Part shown: in pieces, positions 50,235-59,588 of the stretch | How positions within the stretch are numbered: the first letter of the stretch is position 1 | Layout: each line of letters starts with the position of its first letter | NCBI GenBank assembly: GCA_965226795.1 | Contig: CBDDDZ010000005.1 | Location: 1,376,001 to 1,440,000 of the forward strand | Direction: 5' to 3' | Origin: Candidatus Latescibacterota bacterium | GTDB taxonomy: Bacteria > Latescibacterota > UBA2968 > GCA-2709665 | Length of the DNA: 64,000 nucleotides | Position numbers and translations under genes: made by a program | The notes under the pieces: generated by a model | The model's input: the letters and a program-made list of their open reading frames with translations, nothing else | Database searches by the model: none | What the model was told of the DNA's origin: nothing

Positions 50235-51251
50235 TCACTGCTGTCCCGCGTCTTCGTTAAGCCCGGGTGTACCCGTTGCCTGAAGCCGTCTTTCACTTTC
50301 ATAACGGTCGTACGCGGAGATAATCTTCCGGACCAGCGGGTGGCGCACGACATCCTGTTCGGTGAAATAGACGAACCGGACGGCCTCGATATGCGAGAGG
50401 ATCTGTTGACCATGCACAAGCCCGGACACATGGTCGGGTGGCAGGTCGATCTGGGTGACATCGCCGTTGACGACGGCCTTTGAGTTGGCCCCCAGTCGCG
50501 TGAGAAACATCTTCATTTGGCTGATGGTCGTGTTCTGTGCCTCATCCAGAATTACAATGGCGTTGTTGAGCGTACGACCCCGCATGAATGCAAGTGGAGC
50601 GATTTCCAGTGTCCGATTTTCGAGCAGATGTTGCATATGCTCACTGGGAATCATGTCCCTCAGCGCATCGTAAAGCGGCCGCAGATATGGGTCGACCTTT
50701 TCCTGAATGTCGCCCGGTAGAAATCCCAGGTTCTCTCCTGCTTCCACCGCCGGACGGGTCAGAACGATCCTCGAAACCTCTTTGCGCTGCAGAGCGGCGG
50801 CGGCACAGGCGACGGCGAGGTAGGTCTTGCCTGTCCCGGCGGGGCCGATGCCGAAAACGATATCGAAATTCTCGATTCCGGTCACATATTGTTGCTGGGC
50901 CGCCGAACGGGGCCGAATCACGCATTTCTGGGTGACGAGAACGGTCTTTGCGGCTTCGGATGGACCGTTGCCGGGGGTTTTTCCACCTGACACGTCTGGT
51001 CGCTCGGGCGTGCCACCGCGCCGCAGGCACGAGACCATCTCTTCCAGCAGGCCGGAAACATGCCGGACTTTGTAGGCGGGGCCTGTGATCGTGACGGTTT
51101 CGCCCCGGGCCGTAACGTGTACGCCGTAACGGGCTTCAAGCGCCAGGAGGTTGACGTCGTTGTGACCGTACAGGGTAAGGGGATCGACGCCCTGGATTGA
51201 TAGCTGATGAGATAAGGTTGGATTTCTCAATCGGTTAAGTCTTTTCCCCAA
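50235..51251 (-). CDS. phoH: PhoH-family ATPase (start uncertain, possibly TTG at 51230)
   Basis: GPAGTGKTYLA, RPAVEAGE.LGFLPG, MRGRTL, DEAQN and GD.TQIDLP motifs. Confidence 0.94.
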   Translation of the reverse strand: MGKRLNRLRNPTLSHQLSIQGVDPLTLYGHNDVNLLALEARYGVHVTARGETVTITGPAYKVRHVSGLLEEMVSCLRRGGTPERPDVSGGKTPGNGPSEAAKTVLVTQKCVIRPRSAAQQQYVTGIENFDIVFGIGPAGTGKTYLAVACAAAALQRKEVSRIVLTRPAVEAGENLGFLPGDIQEKVDPYLRPLYDALRDMIPSEHMQHLLENRTLEIAPLAFMRGRTLNNAIVILDEAQNTTISQMKMFLTRLGANSKAVVNGDVTQIDLPPDHVSGLVHGQQILSHIEAVRFVYFTEQDVVRHPLVRKIISAYDRYESERRLQATGTPGLNEDAGQQ

Positions 51252-51253
51252 AC

Positions 51254-51299
51254 AAAAAAAGCCCTCGTTCCGGCCAGACTCCGGGAACGAGAGCTTTTC
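51254..51299 (-). terminator. Intrinsic terminator after the LysM gene
   Basis: Minus strand GCTCTCGTTCC...GGAACGAGGGC followed by T7. Confidence 0.75.
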
Positions 51300-51385
51300 A
51301 GTAGCCTTATTCGTGGTGTGAGTCGCTTTCCATTTTCTGAGGACGCAAATCTCTGTAGTTCGGAGCCGTGGAGTCCAGTGAGCGA

Positions 51386-52237
51386 TCAGTTTTCAGGAAC
51401 GTCGATGACCTGTGCCGGGAAGATCAGGTTCGGATCCCTGATCTGAGATTTGTTCGCCCGATAAATGCGGTGCCATTTCGACGGGTCGTTGTACATCATG
51501 CCGGCAATGCTTGTGAGCGTATGGCCCTGCAGGACGAGATGCCGGCCTCTATCTACGCCAAATGGAATCTGAAGAACCCAATTGGGGTAGATGAGATCGG
51601 GATGCTTGATCTTGTCTCGGTTTTCGAGGTAGATGCGGGGCCAGAGGTAGGCGTTGTCGTAGATTTCCTCGCTTCTGGCGATTTTCCAGAGGTTGTCGTT
51701 CCGGAGCACCGTGTAGTCTTTGATTTTCTTCGCGGGCATCCGGGCGGCGATTCTCTCGATCAGTTGCACAATGGTCTTCAGCTTCATCTTCGCTTTGGGA
51801 AGGTGGCGGATGTTGTTTTGTTTGAGGCCCTCGACCTCTTCGGAAATCGAGTCGAAATGATCTCGCTGGTCGAATAGATCGGCGTCGGGAAGATTCATCA
51901 GGGCCCTCAGCTGGCCCTCGATACGATCCAGTGCGGCCATGTAGGCGTCGATGCAAGCTTGATCGGTACAGCCAACCAGGTCCAGGAGATCCTGCATCGT
52001 GCCTGCAATCTGCTCTTCCAAACCGGTGATCTGCTGTGCGACCATGTCTCCCGCGTCTTTACACTCCTGCACTTTCTGCTTGATTTCCTGGACGTTTTGC
52101 TGTACGCCCGCAAGTTGCATTTCGTACTCTTCGTAGGTCATGCCGTCTTCCGACTGGGCAAAGGCGGCCAGCGGAACCAGAGCCAACGCTAGCGCGGTGC
52201 AGACGAGTGAAAACCCGAGGTGTCTACGATTCTTCAC
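51386..52237 (-). CDS. Secreted coiled-coil protein with two LysM domains
   Basis: Signal peptide; YTVLRNDNLWKIA...PDLIYPNWVL and HLVLQGHTLTSIA...PNLIFPAQVI. Confidence 0.9.
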   Translation of the reverse strand: MKNRRHLGFSLVCTALALALVPLAAFAQSEDGMTYEEYEMQLAGVQQNVQEIKQKVQECKDAGDMVAQQITGLEEQIAGTMQDLLDLVGCTDQACIDAYMAALDRIEGQLRALMNLPDADLFDQRDHFDSISEEVEGLKQNNIRHLPKAKMKLKTIVQLIERIAARMPAKKIKDYTVLRNDNLWKIARSEEIYDNAYLWPRIYLENRDKIKHPDLIYPNWVLQIPFGVDRGRHLVLQGHTLTSIAGMMYNDPSKWHRIYRANKSQIRDPNLIFPAQVIDVPEN

Positions 52238-52253
52238 AGGAAACTCCTTTCCA

Positions 52254-52529
52254 TTACGGATTCAGGGCGTTCTGCACGGCGTCCCTATCGGCGGTCAATC
52301 TTTGAAGCTCTTGTTTCTTTTCGGCCAGCGTGCGTTCCATTTCAGCCCGTTTCTGCCGGCAGGCATCCAGTTCCGCTTCGGCAGCCCGCGCGTTGTTCCT
52401 GGCCTCTTCCAGCATCTGAAGATCTTCTTCCGAGGCCATTGCAATACAGCCCGACAGAAGGGGAAGCAAGAACAGCGCCAGCACCACGCCAAATCCCGTG
52501 AAACGATCCATCAAATTGCGCTTAGCCAT
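52254..52529 (-). CDS. Small coiled-coil lipoprotein
   Basis: Lipobox LSGC, an AGGAG RBS and a coiled-coil body; directly upstream of the LysM gene. Confidence 0.8.
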   Translation of the reverse strand: MAKRNLMDRFTGFGVVLALFLLPLLSGCIAMASEEDLQMLEEARNNARAAEAELDACRQKRAEMERTLAEKKQELQRLTADRDAVQNALNP

Positions 52530-52743
52530 CGATGTCTCCTTAGGGACACGTGTCCATGCGTTGAACGAACGTCGAATTGACAGACAAACTGAAAACGGCG
52601 ACTAACGATTGACGCATTCTGAAAAACGCGCGAAAACACCGTCTTTCCAAGTTGCATTTAGTGCCACCAAATTACTATAAGAATGGGCTAAAGTCAAGAA
52701 AAAAATCTACATGATCGCTTGCGTTGCAGCGTGTATACGGCGT

Positions 52744-54540
52744 TCAGGGATGGGACGATTCGGCGCCCAGCAACCGGATTCCGAGTTCTCTCAACTGGTC
52801 TGTGTCGACCGCCGACGGAGCGCCGTCCATCAAGGAGGCGGCATTGTTGGTTTTCGGGAAGGCGATCACATCGCGGATGTAATCCCGGCCCGCCATAAGG
52901 GCGACCAGGCGATCGTACCCGAAGGCGATCCCCCCGTGGGGAGGCGCGCCATAACGGAAGGCATCCAGGAGAAACCCGAATTTGTCTTCCGCCTCTGCCG
53001 TAGAAATGTCCAGAAGGTCGAACATTTTTTCCTGTATCTCCCTGCGGTGGATACGAATGCTGCCGCCGGCTATTTCATTCCCGTTAAGCACCAGGTCGTA
53101 GGCCCGCGCACGCACGCCTGACGGGTCGGTGGCCATTTTCTGCAGGTCTTCGTCCACGGGGGAGGTGAACGGGTGGTGGCACGCCGCATACCGTTTCTCG
53201 CGCGCATCCCACTCCACCAGGGGGAAATGGGTAACCCACCCGAAGCTGAAACGATTGCGGTCAAGCAGGTTCAGGAGTCTCGCCAACTTCAGGCGCAGAT
53301 TGCCGAGTACGTCGGCCACGATAGCGGGCTGGTCTGCCGCAAACAGCAGCAGATCGCCGGGCTCGGCGTGAAGGGCCTGCCGCAGAAGGACCTGCGCCTG
53401 TTCCGGGAAGTATTTGACGATCGCTGATTCCATCCCGCGATCGGTGACCCTGATCCATGCGAGCCCCTTGGCGCCCAAACCGCTCACGAAAACGCCCAGG
53501 TCGTCTATCTGTTTGCGCGAGAACCTACCACAGCCTTTGGCATTGATGCCTCGAACCTGACCTCCCGCGGAAAGGACACTCTTGAACACCTGGAACTCCG
53601 AGGCTTCGGCGGCCGCGGCCAAGTCGACGAGTTCCAACCCGAAACGAGTATCCGGTTTATCGGAACCGTAGGTGTCGATCGCCTCCTTGTGGGTGAGGCG
53701 TGGAAAGGGCCGAGGCAGGTCGATATCCAGGATTTCCTTGAATAGGTTGGCGGTAAGCCGTTCGGCTGCGCCCATTACGTCTTCTTCATTGACAAATGAC
53801 ATTTCGATGTCGATTTGGGTGAATTCCGGTTGCCGGTCCCCGCGGAGATCCTCATCTCTGAAACAGCGCACGATCTGGAAATAACGGTCGAACCCTGCCA
53901 CCATGATGAGCTGTTTATAGGTTTGGGGGGATTGTGGCAGGGCGTAGAAATGGCCGGGGTTGACCCGGCTGGGCACCAGATAGTCACGCGCGCCTTCCGG
54001 CGTACTCTTCATGAGAAACGGGGTCTCGACCTCGATGAAGCCGCTGTCGGAAAGGTATCGCCGCGTGGCTTGTGATATGCGGTGCCGCAGCAGGATGTCG
54101 GATTGCAGGTCGGGGCGGCGGAGGTCGAGGTAACGATGGCGCAGGCGGACCTCCTCGTTGGCATCCGACCCCGCTTCGATGAGAAAGGGCGGAGTTTCGG
54201 ACTCGTTCAGGATTTTCAGTTCGGATGCCTCGATGTCGATTTCGCCCGTTGACAGGTTGGGATTCGCCATGCCTTCCGGCCGGGATTCCACCCTTCCTTT
54301 TACGGCCATCACGAATTCGTTCCTAATGGCTTCCGCCTTACTGTGTACCTCTGGATTCAAGTCGGGCCGAAAGACAACCTGTGTGAGCCCGTTTCGATCG
54401 CGCAGATCCGTGAAAATCACACCGCCGTGATCTCTGCGTTTAGCGACCCAGCCCATCAGGGTGACCTGGCTGCCGATATCCTGGGCGCGAAGATCGCCGC
54501 AGGTGTGCGTGCGTTTCCAGTCGCCGAGGGATTCCGCCAT
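52744..54540 (-). CDS. aspS: Aspartate--tRNA ligase (likely non-discriminating)
   Basis: RRDHGG, STPEGARDYLVP, ALPQSPQ, FRDEDLR and PPHGGIAFG motifs. Confidence 0.97.
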   Translation of the reverse strand: MAESLGDWKRTHTCGDLRAQDIGSQVTLMGWVAKRRDHGGVIFTDLRDRNGLTQVVFRPDLNPEVHSKAEAIRNEFVMAVKGRVESRPEGMANPNLSTGEIDIEASELKILNESETPPFLIEAGSDANEEVRLRHRYLDLRRPDLQSDILLRHRISQATRRYLSDSGFIEVETPFLMKSTPEGARDYLVPSRVNPGHFYALPQSPQTYKQLIMVAGFDRYFQIVRCFRDEDLRGDRQPEFTQIDIEMSFVNEEDVMGAAERLTANLFKEILDIDLPRPFPRLTHKEAIDTYGSDKPDTRFGLELVDLAAAAEASEFQVFKSVLSAGGQVRGINAKGCGRFSRKQIDDLGVFVSGLGAKGLAWIRVTDRGMESAIVKYFPEQAQVLLRQALHAEPGDLLLFAADQPAIVADVLGNLRLKLARLLNLLDRNRFSFGWVTHFPLVEWDAREKRYAACHHPFTSPVDEDLQKMATDPSGVRARAYDLVLNGNEIAGGSIRIHRREIQEKMFDLLDISTAEAEDKFGFLLDAFRYGAPPHGGIAFGYDRLVALMAGRDYIRDVIAFPKTNNAASLMDGAPSAVDTDQLRELGIRLLGAESSHP

Positions 54541-54617
54541 ATTTTTGGCTCCGGTAAGGGGACGAATCGAGTCGCGAGGATGCCGGCAGGGCGTCCCCGC
54601 ATACCGAATCTTGGGCG

Positions 54618-55901
54618 TTAACGCTTTGTTTTTATGTGTTCCAAGAGTTTATTGACGTTGTCGGACGGCAGGACGGTCTGTGCGCCTGTTTTCAGGTTCT
54701 TCAGCACAACGGTTTCCGACCGTACTTCGTCGGGGCCGATGATGGTTACAAACGGAATCCCTTTACGGTGCGCATATTTCAGCTGGCGGTCAAGTCGCTG
54801 GCCGGGCTTCAGACCGAGTTCGACGGTAAGCCCGTGGGATCGGGCCAACCGCGCAAATCCGGCGGCGTGTTCGGCCGTGTCTTCAGAAAAAACCGTTACC
54901 AGCAAGTCGGCGATGGGAGCGGTTGCATCGGCAAGCAAATCCGATTCTTTCAGCAGTTCTGTAATTGCCATGTCGCCAACCGCGAAGCCAACGCCGGGGA
55001 CCGGCCTTTTGCCACCCACCTGAAGGGTCAGATTGTCGTACCTCCCGCCGCCGAACAAGGCGCGCCTGAGAGAGTCTTTCGCCCAGGCTTCAAATACGAT
55101 ACCGGTGTAGTAATCGAACCCACGCACGATTTTCAGGTCGGGTTCCACGTATTGGGATACGTTGTTTTCTTCAAGCAGCCTGATGACGCGTTCGAGCCTC
55201 GGCGAAAAACGGGGGTCTTTGCTCTCCAGTGTCTTTACGAGCCCGTCGACTTGATCGGAGTTCAGGCCTAGACTTTCCAGGCCGGCGCTGAATTTCCCGA
55301 AGGGTATCTTGTCGATCCGGTCGACAATGGAGAACAGCGGCCGGATCTGCCCGGAGGAAAGGCCCAGGGAGCGAATGAGGTGAGATTCAAGGCCTTGCCG
55401 ATCGTTGAGCCTCACCACCACCTGATCGGGAGACAGTCCGAAGATCTTGAAGAGTTCACAGGCGATTGTAATTATTTCCACGTCGGCATAGAGGGTATCG
55501 CTTCCCAGCAGATCGATGTTCCATTGAAAGAACGACCGTCCCCTGCCGCGCTGCGGGCGTTCGTACCGGTAGAAACGTCCGTAGGACTGCCAGCGCAGAG
55601 GAAAGACAAGCCGGTCCTCCTGTTGGGCCACCATGCGGGCGAGGGTGGGCGTAAGCTCGGGTCGAAGCACCAGGGCTTTCCCGTCGCGGCTGGACAACGA
55701 GAACGTCTGACGGCCCACGATTTCCTCGCTGGTTTTGCCCAGGTAGAGGTCCATGTATTCCAGGATCGGGCCCTCGTATTCCTGGTAGCCGAAACCGGCG
55801 CCGAGTGCGATACACTTTTCACCGAGCCACTTCTGACGTGCCCAGTCTTCAGGGTAGAAATCCCTGACTCCTTTGACGCGAGGAATGAGTTCAGCCGCCA
55901 T
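54618..55901 (-). CDS. hisS: Histidine--tRNA ligase
   Basis: KGVRDFYP, LRPELT, RYERPQ.GR, VRGFDYYTG and GGGRYD motifs. Confidence 0.96.
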   Translation of the reverse strand: MAAELIPRVKGVRDFYPEDWARQKWLGEKCIALGAGFGYQEYEGPILEYMDLYLGKTSEEIVGRQTFSLSSRDGKALVLRPELTPTLARMVAQQEDRLVFPLRWQSYGRFYRYERPQRGRGRSFFQWNIDLLGSDTLYADVEIITIACELFKIFGLSPDQVVVRLNDRQGLESHLIRSLGLSSGQIRPLFSIVDRIDKIPFGKFSAGLESLGLNSDQVDGLVKTLESKDPRFSPRLERVIRLLEENNVSQYVEPDLKIVRGFDYYTGIVFEAWAKDSLRRALFGGGRYDNLTLQVGGKRPVPGVGFAVGDMAITELLKESDLLADATAPIADLLVTVFSEDTAEHAAGFARLARSHGLTVELGLKPGQRLDRQLKYAHRKGIPFVTIIGPDEVRSETVVLKNLKTGAQTVLPSDNVNKLLEHIKTKR

Positions 55902-55951
55902 GATATTCCAATTTCAAGTGGGTAAGCCCTTGATTTTCAGCCAAATCGAAA

Positions 55952-55980
55952 AATATACACGCAAGTTGACTCGATGTCAA
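55952..55980 (-). promoter_or_regulatory. sigma70 promoter of hisS-aspS
   Basis: Minus-strand TTGACA (55980-55975), 17-bp spacer, TATATT (55957-55952). Confidence 0.7.
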
Positions 55981-55986
55981 GATTTA

Positions 55987-57270
55987 TCAGGTTTCCGGTC
56001 GAAATGCCGCTTCGAGATGCCGAATCTGAGGCGAATTGCTCTCAAAATCCACGGCGGCGACGTCGAATCGCGGAGCCATTTTAGGGGTAGGGTGGCGTTG
56101 GAGATATGCCCTTGCGACCCGAACGATCTGACGTTGTTTTTCGAGGGTCACGCGGGTTTCAGGTGGGCCGAAGCCCTTTACGGCGGCGGTTTTTACTTCG
56201 ACAAACGCGAGAGTACGGCCCCTCGATGCGATCAGGTCGATTTCTCCCCCCGCCGCCCGGTAATTTCGACGCAGGATCCGGTAGCCCGTTCTTGTAAGCA
56301 GGGCGGCCGCCGCGTTCTCTCCCCGCTTGCCGGACCAGGAAAGACGGGTCTGTGCATTCTCGGTACGGCGGGAACGGCCAGCCACGTCCGCGGTCGGCAC
56401 CGCATCGCGAGACGGGGCGCCGACCGCGGATTCCGGAGCGACGGGGGCCGTCGCGTCCCGGGATCTCCCGGCGAGATCGCTGACATTTTCGGTGCGTGAG
56501 GCGGAGGGCACCCCTTTGAAGGATCTACGGTGGATCCGGCATGGGCCGTATATTCTGAGAGCCCGCCGATGGTCCGTGCTGCCGTACCCCTTGTGGCGGG
56601 CGAATCCGTATTCCGGAAATTCGTTATGAAAGGCAACCATCTTGCGGTCTCTGGTAACTTTGGCGAGGATGGATGCGGCCGCAATGGAGAGGGCAGCTGC
56701 GTCGCCGTCGATCACGGCGGATTCGGGAAAGGGGCTTCCCGGAACGCCTGGGCCGTCCACCAGGACCCGGTCGGGTGGCACGCCGAGCCGTCTGATGGCG
56801 CGTCGCATGGCCAGGTACGTGGCCTGCAGGATATTGAGGCGGTCGATTTCCTCCGCCGTTGCCTCGCCGATGCCATGGGCGACAGCGGCTTCTTTGATCC
56901 GCACGTAAAGGCTCTCCCGCCTGAGAGGAGTGAGCACCTTGGAGTCGTTCAGACCCGGGATCAGGATCTCCCGCGGAAAGATCACCGCGGCGGCTACGAC
57001 CGGACCGGCCAACGGCCCTCGTCCGGCTTCGTCGACGCCGGCGATGCGGGAAAGGCCGCGCGCGTATAACCGGTTTTCCAGGGCCCGCATTTTCTCCAGG
57101 CGTGCGCGTTCGGCCGCGATGGATTTTCGGCGTCGACGCTCTTTGAGAGCCAGACTGCGCACGCCGGCGCGAGGATCGGCATCCAGGACATCCAGAAGGG
57201 CGACATCGACGTCCTCCGGGCATCGGAGGAGTTCGCGGATCTCGGAAATCGTTAAATTGGACAGGTCCAT
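55987..57270 (-). CDS. rnhB: Ribonuclease HII fused to a YraN (UPF0102) nuclease domain
   Basis: GVDEAGRGPLAGPV, DSK, SIAAASILAKV and KGYG, then a linker, then G..GE..AA, GY.IL.RNYR...GEIDLIA...FVEVK and RFDV, all in one frame. Confidence 0.92.
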   Translation of the reverse strand: MDLSNLTISEIRELLRCPEDVDVALLDVLDADPRAGVRSLALKERRRRKSIAAERARLEKMRALENRLYARGLSRIAGVDEAGRGPLAGPVVAAAVIFPREILIPGLNDSKVLTPLRRESLYVRIKEAAVAHGIGEATAEEIDRLNILQATYLAMRRAIRRLGVPPDRVLVDGPGVPGSPFPESAVIDGDAAALSIAAASILAKVTRDRKMVAFHNEFPEYGFARHKGYGSTDHRRALRIYGPCRIHRRSFKGVPSASRTENVSDLAGRSRDATAPVAPESAVGAPSRDAVPTADVAGRSRRTENAQTRLSWSGKRGENAAAALLTRTGYRILRRNYRAAGGEIDLIASRGRTLAFVEVKTAAVKGFGPPETRVTLEKQRQIVRVARAYLQRHPTPKMAPRFDVAAVDFESNSPQIRHLEAAFRPET

Positions 57271-57536
57271 GGGTATAGTGCATCTGCCTGGCGTTACGAG
57301 CTCATGGAGCCGTGGAGCGTGGTATGCTACCCGGCGTGAACGTCTCACGCCGGATTCCATTCTTTTATTAGTTGAATTATGGTCGAATGCCAGTGAACAT
57401 GCAAGAAAAAGCGGCCTGGCCGATGCCAACGGCGCGACGAGTCCCAAAACTCGCCCGAATCCGAAGGACATCCGGGACGGGCCCTGGTGGATCCTGCGGT
57501 GTTGCGGCACTCGTTGCGCTCCCGTTTCCCAGGGTT

Positions 57537-59366
57537 GAGTCCCCTCCGAAAACGGGGGTTATAAAAGCCTGATGTAAGTGGTCAGGGTTGGGTATTGTGA
57601 TTTAGCGTGTGGCGACGATATAACGTGTAGGTGCGGCATATCAACTCAGGGTCAACCGAAGTTGCTCAGGGCGTATGGTAAGGAGGTTTTTCGCACGAAA
57701 ACCCCTCTTATGCGGGGAGCATCGGGGGTGTTGTGAGGTAGTTCTTGATCCGAACCAGGTTGACCCATAAGCCACGACAGTGCGCCCACAATTGGTGTGG
57801 CCTCAGTCCGCGATAGCGCGTCTTGCCATTTTGGGTATAATAGCTCAACTGGAAGATGCTGGCTTCGACATTGTTGCGTCGGTTTCTGATGTGGTCAGGC
57901 AGGGCTTCAATCTGTTTGCGTTTGAGGTAATTGTCGATGTGCTGTTCTTTAAAGTATCGGGGTTTGCCATCCACGATGATTTTGTATTTTCCCGGTTTGT
58001 ATTCTTGGGCTATGTGAACCTCTCCGGTTTGTTGATCAATGACGGTGACGCCGTCTTCTGTGCGTTCATAAATGAAACGTCCTGGGGTTCCTTGCAGGCC
58101 ACTGTAATAGAATTGCTTTTGCATACTCGGCGTTGGATTGATCATTATAGGCCCCATCCATTGACACTTCCAAGACGTCACCCACCACCTGTTGCGTCCG
58201 CTCGATGGCCGCTTGGACAAACGCATTGTCGGGCGTCGTCGCGGGTTTGACGTCAACGTCCGTGATCAAATTGAGGCCGTCCTCACCACAGGTCTCGGTG
58301 AGGTTGACACTGTATCCTTTCACCTTGTCCTTCCCTTTCCTGCCTGCCTGCGCCGGATGCTCGGCAGACAGGCGAAAGGCCGCATCTTCATCATCGGCAG
58401 ACTGCAAGGAGGATGAGGAGATCTCTTCAGGAGGCTTCGGAAGCACCTGTTTAGAGGACGATAAAACGGTATATTGATCCCCCATAACACGCACGATCAG
58501 ACCATAGTGACCGCTGTCTTTGTCGGTATAGGTCGCTTGAAGCCTGCTCAATAACTGCCCGCATTCCTGCAGCTTCTCACACTTTTCAACGCGGGTGAGA
58601 CCATAGACAACCTGATGGGGCTTCACCTTGAGCAATCCGTCCAATACCTGCCGATTTTTTGTCGATAATCGTCGCTTTTGGTCCTTGTCCAACGACCCCC
58701 AGAACGCTTGTAAGCAACTTACCACCAACTGCAACCGACAACACAGGGCAATGTTCGAGCCGATCAACTTACTGTCCATTCGGATGTGCTGACCCAATAC
58801 ACCAAAGGCGTTGGCCTGCGTCTTTGTTAAGCTGGAAAAGGTCTCTCCAATCAGATCTCGACCGGCTTCGAGTTGATCCGCATACAAGGCCTGCTTGAAC
58901 AGATAATACGTGGACTCCGCAGGCACTTCATCGGATAGATTCATCAACCCCAATGCCCGCATCACCAGAATGTTGAACCGACAATGCTCGAATAGTTGGG
59001 CATCGCTCCACCCAAAGCCCTCCTTCAAGATCATCATCGACACCAGCTGACGAATCGGCGCATTGGGGCGGCCTTGGTTGGGATCAAACAACACCGAAAA
59101 CACATCCTCATCTATCTTTGAGGTGATGTGCCGGTAAAACAGATTATGCCACGACTTCGGATCATTCAACTGGTCCTGCTTGCGCCTCTTGAAATGCGAC
59201 TCGAAGACCGAAAACAGATCCGGTTGGCTGCATGACGCGCTTCTCGAAAACATCGATACTGTACCCTCGCTTTTTCCTTTATACATCCGCAACTTTGAAA
59301 CCTCTTCTCACTTGGAATGTAGTACTTTTTCCTCAATAAGTAAACTCGACTTTTCGGAGTGGGCTC
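57537..59366 (-). mobile_element. Insertion sequence (IS5/IS1182-like DDE), 1830 bp
   Basis: TIRs GAGTCCCCTCCGAAAA (57537-57552) and TTTTCGGAGTGGGCTC (59351-59366), matching at 14 of 16 positions. Direct repeat AGGGTT at 57531-57536 and 59367-59372. Confidence 0.9.
57708..59253 (-). pseudogene. Transposase with a frameshift near 58118
   Basis: GRPNAPIR..., RMDSKLIGSNI, KGYSVNLTETC and MDGAY in one frame; FYYSGLQG...RRNNVEASIFQ...KTRYRG in another. Confidence 0.85.
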
Positions 59367-59588
59367 AGGGTTAAATCCGCAGAAGGGTCAGGACCACGTG
59401 TGCGTCCCGAAAAGTTGAATTCCGAAAGGTATTTTATATATATTGAGATATCGTCGCCTGTTCGCGAGATACACGGATCTTTTCGGATGGGCTCTCGCGT
59501 CGTCTCCGATAGCGAACAACCCCGCTTCATATGGAACCCGTGTGGGCGTCGGTACCTCCCGAAGGTGCCAACATAAGAGGAAACGGTA

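Noticed and set aside
55966..55980. TTGAC-N5-GTCAA palindrome at the hisS -35
   Set aside because: Single short instance, half explained by the -35 itself, and the spacing does not fit an FNR box.
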